A stretch of DNA of 30,744 nucleotides, from NCBI GenBank assembly GCA_937864085.1, contig CALMIH010000165.1, forward strand, positions 1 to 30,744, given 5' to 3'. Under the pieces are notes generated by a model. That model made no database searches. It saw nothing but the letters and a program-made list of their open reading frames with translations, and was not told the DNA's origin. Position 1 is the first letter of the stretch. Each line of letters opens with the position of its first letter. Positions 17,118 through 29,334 of this stretch are shown one piece after another. This DNA comes from an uncultured Chloroflexota bacterium. GTDB taxonomy: Bacteria > Chloroflexota > Limnocylindria > Limnocylindrales > Limnocylindraceae. The position numbers and the translations under genes are program-made.

Positions 17118-20100
17118 TTACGGAGTTGTTCCAGCCGTCAGCTCAGCAAGCGTGTCAAGCACGCGCTGCAACTCTGCAATGCGATCACCGTAGAGCGAGA
17201 AGTTTCCTGCGCGGAGCGCCTCTTGCGCCTGCGCAAAGATTTCCGACGCGCGCGTCACAAGTCCGCTGACATCGGTTGGCTCACTTCCGCCACCCGGATC
17301 AACCACGCCGCCGCCAACCAGAAGGTTGAGCGCCTGCGCGAGTGAATCGCCCCAGACGACCTTGTCGGAGGTGGCGGCAACAATCTTCTGGAACTCTGGG
17401 AATGAACTAGAGGTTGACTGCAGGTAGACCGGCTGCAGGTAGACGATGCTGTTCCCCACTGGCGTGACGATCAGGTTGCCGCGAATCACCGTAGATCCCG
17501 ACTGATCCCAGAGCGTGGTCTGCGCGGCAATGATTGGGTCGGCATCAATGCGTGCGTTCACCTGCGCTGGACCGAAGACGGATGTATCTTTCGGGAATCG
17601 GTAGCTCACCACCTGGCCATACTTGTCGCTGTCGTTGCGCGCAGCAACCCAGGCGATCATGTTCGGTCGGCTGGTTGGAACGAGTGGCTGAATCAGCGCG
17701 AACTCCGCTCCATCTTCGCCAGGGAGTCGAACGCGCACGTAGTAGGCCTCGCCGGGGAGTGACTGCGAACCGGCCGAAGCCTCTGGAACCGTCCAGACGT
17801 CGTCCTGGCGGTAGAAGGTCTGCGGGTCCGTCACGTGATAGCGCGCGTACATGCGCGTCGTGACATCGAATCCTTCTTCGCCGACACGAAGGTGCGCCTG
17901 CAGATCGGCGGGCATCTCATCAAGTGGCTGGAAGAGGCTTGGGAAGACGCCGCTCCAGGCGCGAATGATCGGATCGCTCGCATCTGCAACGTAGAGCTTC
18001 GTCTCGCCTGTGTAGAGGTCGAGGGTGGCCTTCACGCTGTTGCGGATGTAGTTAATTGGTCGGCCGAAACTGGTGCGCGCGAGCGAAGGATCGAACGACT
18101 GCGCGTTCGGGAATCGGTTACTCATGGTGTATCCGTCCACCATGTAACTGAGTCCGCCATCTTCGCGGATGACGAGGTATGGGTCGCGATCCCAGCTCAC
18201 GAACGGCGCGAGCGCGCTGATCCGTTCGCCAACCGTGCGCCGCCAGAGCAGCTGGCTCTCGGAGGTGATCTGGTCGCTGATCAAGAGGTTGAGATCTCCG
18301 AGGCGTGCCGCGAAGAGGAGCCGGTCGGCAAGGGTGCCGAGCGAGATGCCGTTCTCGCCACTCCAGCTTGTGGTGGCGTCGCCGGTGACCACACCATCGG
18401 CATCAATCTCGCCTTCGCCGATTGGGTAGTCAAACTCTGGAGTCTTTGCGCCAACAATGACCCAGTCGTCATCAAGTTCACCGAAGTAGATTCGCGGTTC
18501 GCTGACCACAGGTGCACCATCTGTAGAGACGGGCGGGATGTCACGGATGATCAGACGTGGGAGACCGCCGGAGCCAACTTCGGCAACGGGGACCATCGCT
18601 ACGCCGATGCCGTGGGTGAAGGTGATCCTGCGATTCACCCAGGCTGCCGACTGTTGCGCGCGATCTGGATTCAGCTCACGTGCGGAGAGCATGACGAGTC
18701 GCTGCTCACCATTAATGGTGTAGCGGTCAACATCCACGTCGGCAAAGTTGTAGTACTGACGAACGGTCTGTAGCTGATCGAGCGTCTGCTGCAACGGTCG
18801 ATAATCCCAAAGGCGGGCGTCTGCAAACGTCTCAGCATCCGTGGCGATCGAATCTGCGGTGAGGGTAGCCTCGCCGTCGTACTGCAGCTCACTCCAGCCA
18901 TCAAGGCCGAAGGCGAGACGCGTCATCTTCAAGTTATTGGCAATGTACGGCTCCTCAAGGGCGAACTCGTTCGGCAGAACCTGGAAGCGCTGGACAAACT
19001 CAGGGTAAAGACCCCCGAGCACGCCGGAGGCGCCGAACCAGACCAGTGCGGTGAGGGCGAGTGGCCAGACTGTGCGCGTCAGGGCGGCACCAATCAAGAA
19101 TGCGGCGGCGATCGCGGCGATCGTCGTGAGGATGTCCAGCCCTGGGAGCTTCGCGGCGTTATCTGCGTATGAGACGCCTGTCGCCACGCCAGTGCTTGAG
19201 TAGACCAGCTCCAGTTTGTCCAGCTGATATCCGTATGCCGTGGCGAGCAAGACGCCACCGATCATCAGCGCGAGGTGGAGGCGCGGCAGGGTGCCGACGA
19301 ACCCGAGCCCGCGAGCGCTAATTGCTGGGAGATAACGGAGCGCCGCTGCGAGTGTTCCTGCAAGGAGCAGCGTGACGCCGATCCCCTGCGCAAGGCGCAA
19401 GACGGGGAGTTCGAAGAAGTAGAACGAGATGTCGCGACCGAAGATAGGGTCAACGACGGGTGTGCCGCTCGGATCAAAGGAGACCGCGTTCTGCCAGAGG
19501 CTGATCGTCTCCCAGTTCGCAGCGACCTGCGCGCCAATGAAGAGCGCAACGAGCAGCGCGCCAATGCGCAAGACGCCACTCCCGACTGCGGCAACGGTGC
19601 TGCCGCTACCAGAGCTGGCACTGAAGAGATCACGGAGCGCATCGCCAATGCCGTCCACGCGAATCTGACCTCGCTCATTAACCAGCGGCTCGCGATCTGG
19701 TCGCGCCACCTGCTCCTTTGGCTCAGCCGGCGGCGTACCGCCGCGTCGCGCAATCAGTGACGCGATCCCAATCATGCCGAGAAGGAAGATCAGCGCGGCA
19801 AGGGTGCTCCCTGCAAAGAGGCTGCCTTGAATCTGCAGTCGCTGCCAGAAGAGATCGCCTGCGCCGAGCGACGCAAACCAGCGCGCATCAGTGAGCAGAC
19901 CGATGATCGGGCTGCCAATGAAGAAGAGTCCGATGAGAATCGGGAAGAAGAGCGAACGCAGGCTCAGCTTTGGCCGCGTGAAGTTGGTGCCGCCGCCAGA
20001 TGCGGGGCGTCGGGCGCGAGGGCGCGAAGGTGGTGGGGTGCCTTCGTCAGCGCCGTCCACGTTGGCGTTGTCCGCAGTTGGGCCCGCTCCGCCACTGCGT

Positions 20101-20144
20101 CGGCGCTCGAGCTCCTCAAGGAAGTCCTTGAACGGATCCGTCAC
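17118..20144 (-). CDS. UPF0182-family membrane protein
   Basis: DPIFGRDISFYFFELP, RLWDYRPL, DVDRY, FTHGIG, EPRIYFGE, NYIRNSVKA, GNL...P..YLQPVY; 1008 aa; SD GGAGGAG. Confidence 0.95.
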   Translation of the reverse strand: MTDPFKDFLEELERRRSGGAGPTADNANVDGADEGTPPPSRPRARRPASGGGTNFTRPKLSLRSLFFPILIGLFFIGSPIIGLLTDARWFASLGAGDLFWQRLQIQGSLFAGSTLAALIFLLGMIGIASLIARRGGTPPAEPKEQVARPDREPLVNERGQIRVDGIGDALRDLFSASSGSGSTVAAVGSGVLRIGALLVALFIGAQVAANWETISLWQNAVSFDPSGTPVVDPIFGRDISFYFFELPVLRLAQGIGVTLLLAGTLAAALRYLPAISARGLGFVGTLPRLHLALMIGGVLLATAYGYQLDKLELVYSSTGVATGVSYADNAAKLPGLDILTTIAAIAAAFLIGAALTRTVWPLALTALVWFGASGVLGGLYPEFVQRFQVLPNEFALEEPYIANNLKMTRLAFGLDGWSELQYDGEATLTADSIATDAETFADARLWDYRPLQQTLDQLQTVRQYYNFADVDVDRYTINGEQRLVMLSARELNPDRAQQSAAWVNRRITFTHGIGVAMVPVAEVGSGGLPRLIIRDIPPVSTDGAPVVSEPRIYFGELDDDWVIVGAKTPEFDYPIGEGEIDADGVVTGDATTSWSGENGISLGTLADRLLFAARLGDLNLLISDQITSESQLLWRRTVGERISALAPFVSWDRDPYLVIREDGGLSYMVDGYTMSNRFPNAQSFDPSLARTSFGRPINYIRNSVKATLDLYTGETKLYVADASDPIIRAWSGVFPSLFQPLDEMPADLQAHLRVGEEGFDVTTRMYARYHVTDPQTFYRQDDVWTVPEASAGSQSLPGEAYYVRVRLPGEDGAEFALIQPLVPTSRPNMIAWVAARNDSDKYGQVVSYRFPKDTSVFGPAQVNARIDADPIIAAQTTLWDQSGSTVIRGNLIVTPVGNSIVYLQPVYLQSTSSSFPEFQKIVAATSDKVVWGDSLAQALNLLVGGGVVDPGGGSEPTDVSGLVTRASEIFAQAQEALRAGNFSLYGDRIAELQRVLDTLAELTAGTTP

Positions 20145-20168
20145 GTCGTCTCCTCCGTGTTGTTCGCC

Positions 20169-20657
20169 CTACGGCCGATGCGCCACCTCAACGGCTCGCG
20201 CAAACGCATCGAGTGCCGCCTCAGCAACTTTCGACCCACTCATCGTAGCGACTCGGATCGGATCCCACTTCGCTGCAACCTGGAGTGCGAGGGGGCGGCG
20301 CCACGGCTCGCTCGACTGCGCCGCCTCGCCAACGAGTCGCAACTTCAGGCAGGAGCGCCCCTCCTCTACGGCGAGGAGGTCGCCGAGGCCATTCGTCATT
20401 AAGGCTCCATAACGTTCGAGGGGTGAGATCGGTGGTGGCCCAGCGAGTGGTGCCACCTCGCGGCAACTCACCACCCCGTCACCGTCTTGCACCCAGAAGA
20501 GGGCGATCCACCAGCCATCGGGCATGGTGCTCGGCTGCGCCGCGCCGGCGCGGATCTCTCCCTCCGCGCGCCCCTCAATCACGATCGGTCGCACCTTCAG
20601 GAAGCTCGTCCCTGGGAGCGGCAGCCGCTCCGCCGTGTTCTCCACTCCGTTGCTCAC
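20169..20657 (-). CDS. Hypothetical protein (162 aa)
   Basis: Fills the guaA-UPF0182 gap exactly. GTG start overlaps the guaA stop (GTGA). No family recognised. Confidence 0.75.
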   Translation of the reverse strand: MSNGVENTAERLPLPGTSFLKVRPIVIEGRAEGEIRAGAAQPSTMPDGWWIALFWVQDGDGVVSCREVAPLAGPPPISPLERYGALMTNGLGDLLAVEEGRSCLKLRLVGEAAQSSEPWRRPLALQVAAKWDPIRVATMSGSKVAEAALDAFARAVEVAHRP

Positions 20658-22261
20658 TCCCACTCAATCGTTGCGGGGGGCTTGGAGGTGATGTCATAAA
20701 CGACGCGTGTCACGTTCGGCACTTCGTTCACGATGCGCGACGAGATTTTCGCCATCAGGTCATACGGGAGGCGCGCCCAATCGGCGGTCATCCCGTCTTC
20801 ACTTGTCACCGCACGAATCGCCAGCACGTTGCCGTACGTTCGGCCATCACCCATCACGCCAACAGAGTGAAGCGGCGTTAGCACAGCGAACGACTGCCAG
20901 ATGCTGCGATAGAGCCCCGCCGCCTTGATCTCATCAATAACAATCCAGTCTGCTTCGCGAAGTGTGTCGAGTCGCTCGCGCGTCACCTCGCCAAGGATGC
21001 GAATCGCAAGACCAGGACCCGGGAAGGGCTGACGCAAGATCACGCTCTCTGGAAGTCCGAGCTGAAGGCCAACGGCGCGCACTTCGTCCTTAAAGAGCGC
21101 GCGAAGCGGCTCAACGAGTTCAAACTTCAGGTCCTCGGGGAGGCCGCCCACGTTATGGTGCGTCTTGATCTTCTGCGCCGACTTCGTCTCCTTTGAGGTG
21201 GACTCGATCACATCCGGATAGAGCGTCCCTTGCGCAAGGAACTTGAAGTCGCCGGCTCGAGCCGACTCCTCCTCAAAGACGCGAATGAATTCTCGGCCGA
21301 TGATCTTCCGCTTCTCTTCAGGGTCAACCACTCCTTCAAGCGCATGCTGGAATCGCTCCTGCGCCTCAACCATGATGATCTTCATGCCCAGCTGCTCGGC
21401 GAAGACTTCGCGCAGGATCTCCGACTCGCGCTTGCGCATCAGGCCGTGATCTACGTAGACACAGGTGAGTCGATCGCCGATCGCCTTATGGACGAGCGCC
21501 GCCGCAACCGCAGAGTCAACGCCGCCAGAGAGTGCACAGAGAACGCGATCCGTTGGGCCGACCTGCGCCTTGATCGCAGCAACCGCGTCCTCCGCGAGTC
21601 GCCCTGGCGTCCAGGTCGCCTTCGCCTTTGCGATCCCGAGCACGAAGTTCTGCAGCAGCCGCTTCCCGCTCGGGGTGTGCACCACCTCAGGATGAAACTG
21701 GATCCCCCAGAGGTTGCGCGTCGTGTCAGCGAGCGCAGCGAACGGCGTGGAGTCGGTAGTGGCGAGCGCGGTGAATCCAGGTGGCGCATCAATGATGGAG
21801 TCGCCGTGGCTCATCCAGACGCGCTCGCTCCCAGCGCCGCCTGAGCCACCGAGTCCGGCAAAGAGTGGGCTTGTCGCCCCGCTAATGCTGATGTCGGCGG
21901 GGCCGTACTCACGCCGATCTGAAGGTCCAACGCGACCACCGAGCTGCTGTGCCATCAGTTGCACGCCGTAGCAGACGCCAAGGATCGGAACGCCGGCGCT
22001 CCAGAGGGCGGCGTCTGGCTTGGGGCCAGCGTCGTCATAAACGGAGAAGGGGCTGCCGCTCAGGATGATGCCGGCAGGTTTGCGCGCCAGGATCTCGCTG
22101 ATCGGAAGGTCGAACGACACGAGCGCCGCATGCACGTTCATCTCGCGAACGCGGCGTGTGATCAGTTGCGCGAACTGGCTTCCAAAATCCAAGACGAGGA
22201 TGCCGCCCGTCTCAACTCCAGCCGCGCGCACGCTCGCCGTGGTTCCAGCTTCAGCGGCCAC
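20654..22261 (-). CDS. guaA: GMP synthase (glutamine-hydrolysing)
   Basis: [45 protein letters not shown]. Confidence 0.99.
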   Translation of the reverse strand: MAAEAGTTASVRAAGVETGGILVLDFGSQFAQLITRRVREMNVHAALVSFDLPISEILARKPAGIILSGSPFSVYDDAGPKPDAALWSAGVPILGVCYGVQLMAQQLGGRVGPSDRREYGPADISISGATSPLFAGLGGSGGAGSERVWMSHGDSIIDAPPGFTALATTDSTPFAALADTTRNLWGIQFHPEVVHTPSGKRLLQNFVLGIAKAKATWTPGRLAEDAVAAIKAQVGPTDRVLCALSGGVDSAVAAALVHKAIGDRLTCVYVDHGLMRKRESEILREVFAEQLGMKIIMVEAQERFQHALEGVVDPEEKRKIIGREFIRVFEEESARAGDFKFLAQGTLYPDVIESTSKETKSAQKIKTHHNVGGLPEDLKFELVEPLRALFKDEVRAVGLQLGLPESVILRQPFPGPGLAIRILGEVTRERLDTLREADWIVIDEIKAAGLYRSIWQSFAVLTPLHSVGVMGDGRTYGNVLAIRAVTSEDGMTADWARLPYDLMAKISSRIVNEVPNVTRVVYDITSKPPATIEWE

Positions 22262-23396
22262 GCTGCCAACTCTTCCCTTCGGTCGCGGCGGCTGGCGCGT
22301 AGATCACCTCAACGTCGCGGAATGCGGCGAGCGTCTGCACGCCGAGTGCGGCCGCCGACTGACGCACCGCCCCCACCAGGTTTTCGCTCCCGTCCGTGAC
22401 GCGCGATGGCCCGTTAAGGATCTGCTCCATGCTCCCTGCGATCCCAACCTCAATGCGAGTGCCGCGCGGCAGTGTTGGTGAAGAGGCGGCCATCCCCCAG
22501 TTGAACCCACCGCCTGGTGCTTCGGTTGATCGCGCAAGCGGCGAACCGATCATCACCGCATCCGCACCAACGGCGAGCGCCTTCGCGATCTCGCCCCCCT
22601 TGCGAATGCCACCGTCCGCGACTACTGGAACGTAACGACCGCTCGCCTTCATATAGGCATCACGCGCACCGGCCACGTCGCTCACCGCGGTGACCTGTGG
22701 CACGCCGATGCCGAGCACCTCGCGCGTGGTGCAGGCGTTCCCCGGTCCAACGCCAACGAAGATCGCCGCAGCCCCCTGCTGCATCAGCGAATATGCCGCT
22801 TCGGCGTTCGTGGTGTTCCCCACCGCAACGGGGATGCTGCTCCGCTTCACAAAGTCAGCGAGCTCAAGTGGCGCATAGCCCGTAGCAATGTGTCGCGCCG
22901 ATGAGACCTGACTCTGGATCACCAGCAGATCTGCGCCACCCTTAATGATTGCGTCGCCAAACTTGCCGATCGCCTGCGGCGTTGCCGCGATCATTGCGGG
23001 CGACCCTGTGGCGTGAATCTCTGCGATGCGCTGCGCAATCAGCGCCTCCTTCACCGGTTCCGCGTAGAGCCTGGCGAAGAGTTCTTGGACATCACCTTTT
23101 GCTGCGGCACTAATCGCGGCGAAGTGTGGTGTTGGATCGTCATAACGGAACCAGAGCCCCTCAAGGTTGATGCAGGCCAAGCTGCCGAGCTTGTGCAGTA
23201 CGCCTGCAGTTGTAGGTGAGACGACCGCGTCCATCGCTGACGCGATGATCGGCACAGCAAGTGGGATGCCACAAAAGTTCTGTGAAAGGTCAACGTCAGA
23301 TGGATCTGCGGTGTCGGTGCCTGGGGCGAGCGAGATGTCATCGAACCCGTAAGCGGGCCGGAGGTTGTCGACCTTAGAGGTGAGTTGGGGCACCAT
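22251..23396 (-). CDS. guaB: GuaB3-type IMP dehydrogenase-related protein (no CBS domains)
   Basis: [20 protein letters not shown], catalytic-loop [22 protein letters not shown]. Start moved to ATG 23396 on the basis of the -10 box; the track's upstream extension overlaps tmk. Confidence 0.9.
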   Translation of the reverse strand: MVPQLTSKVDNLRPAYGFDDISLAPGTDTADPSDVDLSQNFCGIPLAVPIIASAMDAVVSPTTAGVLHKLGSLACINLEGLWFRYDDPTPHFAAISAAAKGDVQELFARLYAEPVKEALIAQRIAEIHATGSPAMIAATPQAIGKFGDAIIKGGADLLVIQSQVSSARHIATGYAPLELADFVKRSSIPVAVGNTTNAEAAYSLMQQGAAAIFVGVGPGNACTTREVLGIGVPQVTAVSDVAGARDAYMKASGRYVPVVADGGIRKGGEIAKALAVGADAVMIGSPLARSTEAPGGGFNWGMAASSPTLPRGTRIEVGIAGSMEQILNGPSRVTDGSENLVGAVRQSAAALGVQTLAAFRDVEVIYAPAAATEGKSWQRGR

Positions 23397-23402
23397 TGAG
23401 GA

Positions 23403-23408
23403 AGTGTA
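23403..23408 (-). promoter_or_regulatory. Putative -10 box (TACACT), leaderless start of guaB3
   Basis: TACACT-tcctca-ATG with no SD. Confidence 0.55.
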
Positions 23409-23421
23409 GCGGCGAGTGCGA

Positions 23422-24045
23422 TCAGCGCGTGGTGGCGAGCGCGACGTGAACGATCTGGGCGATCTCTGCGGCGAGTGCCCCCTGCTCCGCGCTCGCGTCG
23501 AGTACGCGCCAGCGAGCAGGCTCCGCGGCGGCGAGGCTGCGGAAGCCCGTCGCCACGCGCTCATGGAAGGCGGCATCAAAGCCCTCTTCAAAGCGTGTGC
23601 GGTTACTCCCCGACTTTCGGGCGAGGCCGTGTTCAGCGGGGAGGTCGAGGAGGAGCGTCAGATCTGGCGTGCGCCCAGCGGTGGCGAAACGAATCATGCC
23701 GCGCAACTCCTCTATTGGGAGGCCGCTTCCGTATCCCTGATAGGCGAGTGTTGAATCGGCGAATCGATCGGCAATCACCACGGCACCGCGCGCCAGCGCT
23801 GGCTCAATCACGTCGGCAACGAGTTGCGCGCGCGAGGCGTTGAAGAGCAGCGCATCCGCGCGTGGGTCTACTGGAACGGCGCCCCCCTCCCCAAGAAGGA
23901 TGGCGCGGATCTTCTCGCCCGCCGGCGTGCCGCCAGGCTCACGCACGGTGACCACCTCACGCCCAGCGGCGCGGAGGGTTTCAGCGAGGCGTCCAATCTG
24001 TGTCGACTTGCCCGAGCCGTCGGGCCCCTCAAAGCTGATGAACAT
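23422..24045 (-). CDS. tmk: Thymidylate kinase
   Basis: MFISFEGPDGSGKSTQ, REPGGT and DRFADSTLAYQG motifs. Start at ATG 24045, not 24294. Confidence 0.97.
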   Translation of the reverse strand: MFISFEGPDGSGKSTQIGRLAETLRAAGREVVTVREPGGTPAGEKIRAILLGEGGAVPVDPRADALLFNASRAQLVADVIEPALARGAVVIADRFADSTLAYQGYGSGLPIEELRGMIRFATAGRTPDLTLLLDLPAEHGLARKSGSNRTRFEEGFDAAFHERVATGFRSLAAAEPARWRVLDASAEQGALAAEIAQIVHVALATTR

Positions 24046-24064
24046 ACTGACGCCCGCCTCGTTA

Positions 24065-26029
<1,965 letters not shown>

Positions 26030-26036
26030 TGACGCC

Positions 26037-26042
26037 ATCCTA
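26037..26042 (-). promoter_or_regulatory. Putative -10 box (TAGGAT), leaderless start of the AAA-R3H gene
   Basis: TAGGAT-ggcgtca-ATG. The track's ATG at 26038 overlaps the hexamer itself. Confidence 0.55.
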
Positions 26043-26127
26043 GCGCGGCAACCGAGTTAACGGCTCGGTAGCACTCGGTCCGGCACTCCCCCGATCCGCC
26101 CGGGTCTGCCCAGATTCGCATGCGAGA

Positions 26128-27165
26128 TCAGCCGATCGCTGGAACCATCCCTGGGGCGGTCACGCGCGCTCGCGCATCACGCACGGCAAGGCGCAGGTCG
26201 CCGATCGGCGCAAACCCCTGCGCCGCGAGCGCCGCGCCGAGTCCCCCTTCATAGCTGCGCGCCACCGCCAGAACGCCGTTCTCCGCCGTGCCAACACGCG
26301 CCGCCCGTTCTCCGATCTCGGCGAGGCTCGCTTCAATCAGTGGCGCCGCGTCGACGCCAGGGAGGAGGCTGATGCGCAACGCGTGTGGGTGTTCTTCGCC
26401 CCGCTCACGCGCCACGCCGAGATGAACCCACGCATCAGCCTCGCCCGCCGCACCATCCAGCACAAAGGCGCTCTGGTCCGCCAGTCGAAGGAGCGGCGTG
26501 ATACTCGCGCGCGGCGCCCATGTTCCGGCGGCGGCGCGCTCCCACTCCCGTGCGTCAATCAGCTCCATCCGCGAGACGGCTGGCGGCGTGGTTACTGACA
26601 TCAGTTGCGCAATGCGAAGTGCATCACTCGGCTGCGCTAAACGAAGTGCAGCGAGTGCGGCGCGCGCAGAGCTTGGCGCGTTCCGTGCGCCACCTTTCAG
26701 GAGGAAGAGTGTCTCGCGCGCATACGGCTGAAATCCGGCGCCCCCCAAGAGCATCAGAGTTGCCGCATCTTCTGCGCAGGCAACATGCAGGCGCACAACT
26801 CCGTGTCGACCCGCTTCGCGTGCAACGCGAGCGAGAAGTCGCGCACGCGCCGCATCATCTACCGCATCCAGCTCAACAATCGTCCAGTCGCCGCGCTCAT
26901 CGCGCTCCACGCGCGCGAGCCCATCTGCGAATGCGCCGCGCTGGTGGATCCAGATGGAGTCAGATGAGCGGATCAAACTGAGCGGCATGCGGAAGAGTTG
27001 ATAGAGACTCAACGCGGCGGGACCGAGCGGCAGGCCGAGCGAGCGCATCTCGCCGCTCCCTTCGTGCAGTGAGCGCTGTGCGCGCCGCGAGATCTCTACG
27101 AGTGCTGTGAGGTCAGTAATGCGTGCGAGACGGACGCGCGGTGCGCCGTCAGCGTTCGGTGACAC
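26128..27165 (-). CDS. Hypothetical protein with two GNAT-like repeats
   Basis: Repeated starts VRLARITDLTALVEI and LRLAQPSDALRIAQL; repeated ends LGGAGFQPY and LAAQGFAPI. Begins 3 nt after the pdxT stop. Confidence 0.7.
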   Translation of the reverse strand: MSPNADGAPRVRLARITDLTALVEISRRAQRSLHEGSGEMRSLGLPLGPAALSLYQLFRMPLSLIRSSDSIWIHQRGAFADGLARVERDERGDWTIVELDAVDDAARARLLARVAREAGRHGVVRLHVACAEDAATLMLLGGAGFQPYARETLFLLKGGARNAPSSARAALAALRLAQPSDALRIAQLMSVTTPPAVSRMELIDAREWERAAAGTWAPRASITPLLRLADQSAFVLDGAAGEADAWVHLGVARERGEEHPHALRISLLPGVDAAPLIEASLAEIGERAARVGTAENGVLAVARSYEGGLGAALAAQGFAPIGDLRLAVRDARARVTAPGMVPAIG

Positions 27166-27168
27166 GGA

Positions 27169-27795
27169 TCACCCGCGACGCGCTGTCGCCGCCTGCTCCA
27201 CGAGCCAGCGATGCAGACGTGTCTCGCCGGCAATCTCCGGATGGAACGAGATCCCCACCACGTTCCCCTGTCGCGCCGCAACGATCTCGCCCCCCTCAAG
27301 TTGCGCCACCACGCCCGCCGCCGGCCCAACTCGCAGGATCTGCGGCGCACGAATGAAGACGGCGCGGAGCGTTGTGGGACCGCCACTCGCCTTCAGGCTC
27401 TGCATCTTCAGCTCCGTCTCAAACGAATCGAGTTGGCGACCGAACGCGTTGCGTCGCACCTCCATATCAAGAAGTGAGAGGACGGGCGCGTCGCCATCAG
27501 CAATCTTGGTTGCAAGCAGAATTGCACCAGCACAGGTGCCGAGGATTGGTGCGCCGCGCGTTGCAAGCGCCTTGATCGGTGCAACGAGACTCCAGCGCGA
27601 GTAGAGTTTGCGCATCGCCGTGCTCTCACCACCCGGAAGGATCAGCCCATCAACGCCATCAAGATCTGCGGGGAGGCGGATTTCGCGGCCAACAGCGCCG
27701 ACCGCATCAAGTGTCTCGAGGTGTTCGCGGAAGTCGCCCTGCACCGCCATCACGCCGATCACTGGCTGCCGTTTACGACGCAACGCGCCGGCCAT
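27169..27795 (-). CDS. pdxT: PLP synthase glutaminase subunit
   Basis: GVMAVQGDF.EH, LPGGESTAM, GTCAG, RNAFGRQLDSFE, FIRAP, SFHPE. Confidence 0.98.
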   Translation of the reverse strand: MAGALRRKRQPVIGVMAVQGDFREHLETLDAVGAVGREIRLPADLDGVDGLILPGGESTAMRKLYSRWSLVAPIKALATRGAPILGTCAGAILLATKIADGDAPVLSLLDMEVRRNAFGRQLDSFETELKMQSLKASGGPTTLRAVFIRAPQILRVGPAAGVVAQLEGGEIVAARQGNVVGISFHPEIAGETRLHRWLVEQAATARRG

Positions 27796-27798
27796 CAG

Positions 27799-28710
27799 TT
27801 ACCAGCCGCGAGAGGAGAGTCGCTCCGCATCTGGGATCGTGCGCATCTCGATCCCCTTCATCGCTTCGCCGAGTCCCGCTGAGACTTCGGCCAAGATGGC
27901 AGGGTTCGCCCAGTGCGTTGTGGCTTGGACAATCGCCGCCGCCATCTTCGCTGGGTGCTTCGCCTTAAAGATGCCTGATCCAACAAAGACGCCATCGGCG
28001 CCGAGCCACATGGAGAGTGCCGCGTCGGCTGGTGTTGCAATGCCACCAGCAACGAAGTTCACCACTGGGAGTCGTCCCGCCTTCACGGTGAGCTTCACGA
28101 GTTCGTAGGGGACGCGCATCTCCTTAGCGGCGGCGCGGAGCCGCTTCTCGCTCTGGCCCTTCAGCGCCTCAATCTGCTCCTTGACGGTTCTAATGTGGCG
28201 CACCGCCTCAACAATGTTTCCTGTGCCGGCTTCGCCCTTGGTGCGCATCATCGCCGCGCCTTCGCTAATGCGACGGAGCGCCTCGCCAAGATCTTTGCAG
28301 CCACAGAGAAATGGGATGCGGAATTGATGCTTATTAATGTGGAATCGGTCGTCCGCCGGCGTCAGCACTTCGGACTCGTCGATGTAGTCAACGTTCAGCG
28401 CCTCGAGGATCTGCGCCTCCACGTGATGCCCAATCCGCGCCTTCGCCATCACTGGAACGGACACGGCCGCCTGGATCCCCTTGATCATGTCTGGGTCGCT
28501 CATACGCGCCACGCCGCCATCACGTCGAATATCGAATGGGACGCGCTCCAGCGCCATCACCGCCACAGCGCCCGCCTCTTCGGCGACCTTCGCCTCAGCC
28601 GGGGTCACCACATCCATGATCACGCCGCCCTTGAGCATCTGCGCGAGGCCACGCTTCGTCGCCCAGGTGGACTTGGCGACCTTCGCCTCTGGTGCGCTGC
28701 GCTTTCCCAT
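27799..28710 (-). CDS. pdxS: PLP synthase lyase subunit
   Basis: [66 protein letters not shown]. Start at ATG 28710, not 29604. Confidence 0.98.
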   Translation of the reverse strand: MGKRSAPEAKVAKSTWATKRGLAQMLKGGVIMDVVTPAEAKVAEEAGAVAVMALERVPFDIRRDGGVARMSDPDMIKGIQAAVSVPVMAKARIGHHVEAQILEALNVDYIDESEVLTPADDRFHINKHQFRIPFLCGCKDLGEALRRISEGAAMMRTKGEAGTGNIVEAVRHIRTVKEQIEALKGQSEKRLRAAAKEMRVPYELVKLTVKAGRLPVVNFVAGGIATPADAALSMWLGADGVFVGSGIFKAKHPAKMAAAIVQATTHWANPAILAEVSAGLGEAMKGIEMRTIPDAERLSSRGW

Positions 28711-28737
28711 GCACTCATTCTCGCATACCATCCCGTC
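28711..28737. promoter_or_regulatory. 27-bp bidirectional leaderless promoter region (GAGAAT minus, 28717-28722; TACCAT plus, 28726-28731)
   Basis: Each hexamer is exactly 6 nt from its ATG; no room for an SD or -35 in the spacer. Confidence 0.55.
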
Positions 28738-29334
28738 ATGAGTGAGACGCCAGCACCATCGGAGGGGGACCAGGAGGGTCGGGTAGACGACCTTGCCGCA
28801 GGACGGCGAGAGGTCGCACGCCTTGCCGCGGGGAGTCGCGGTCAGATCGCCAGCATCAACGTATCGCACCCTGGTGGTGTTCCGAAGCGACCGATTGATC
28901 GCACCGTTATTACAACGCGTGGGTTGATTGGTGATGGTCAGCGCACCAAGGAGCCGGTGCACGGCGGACCAGAGAAGGCGGTCTGCCTGTTTGGCGTAGA
29001 ACAGATTCGGCGCGTCAACGCAGATGGTCATCACCTCTACCCAGGCGCAATTGGTGAAAACCTCACGTTGAGCGGGCTCGACCTTGGCGGACTGGAGAGC
29101 GGCGACCAGCTTCGTATCGGCGACCCTGCCACCGGACCGATCATTCAGCTGAGTGATCCGGCCGCCCCCTGCAAGAACATCGCGGGGAGCTTCGAAGATT
29201 GGCGGATCGCTCGGGTCAGCCATAAGGTGCGCCCCGAAGACAGCCGCTGGTACGCACGGGTGTTGCGCGAGGGGCCCGTGGTTTCGGGCGACCCGATTGA
29301 ACTGCTCGGCGCGGCTGATACGATCGGGCGATGA
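28738..29334 (+). CDS. MOSC-domain protein (YiiM-like)
   Basis: [27 protein letters not shown], Cys in [11 protein letters not shown]-like [12 protein letters not shown]. Start at ATG 28738, not 28195. Confidence 0.92.
   Translation: MSETPAPSEGDQEGRVDDLAAGRREVARLAAGSRGQIASINVSHPGGVPKRPIDRTVITTRGLIGDGQRTKEPVHGGPEKAVCLFGVEQIRRVNADGHHLYPGAIGENLTLSGLDLGGLESGDQLRIGDPATGPIIQLSDPAAPCKNIAGSFEDWRIARVSHKVRPEDSRWYARVLREGPVVSGDPIELLGAADTIGR

Noticed and set aside
23397-23591. 65-aa N-terminal extension of GuaB3, and the 83-aa extension of Tmk to 24294
   Set aside because: Each overlaps the upstream gene; better starts have -10 or SD support.
26069-26095. CIRCE-like half site TAGCACTC
   Set aside because: The second half (GAGTGCTAA after 9 nt) is missing and no chaperone gene follows.
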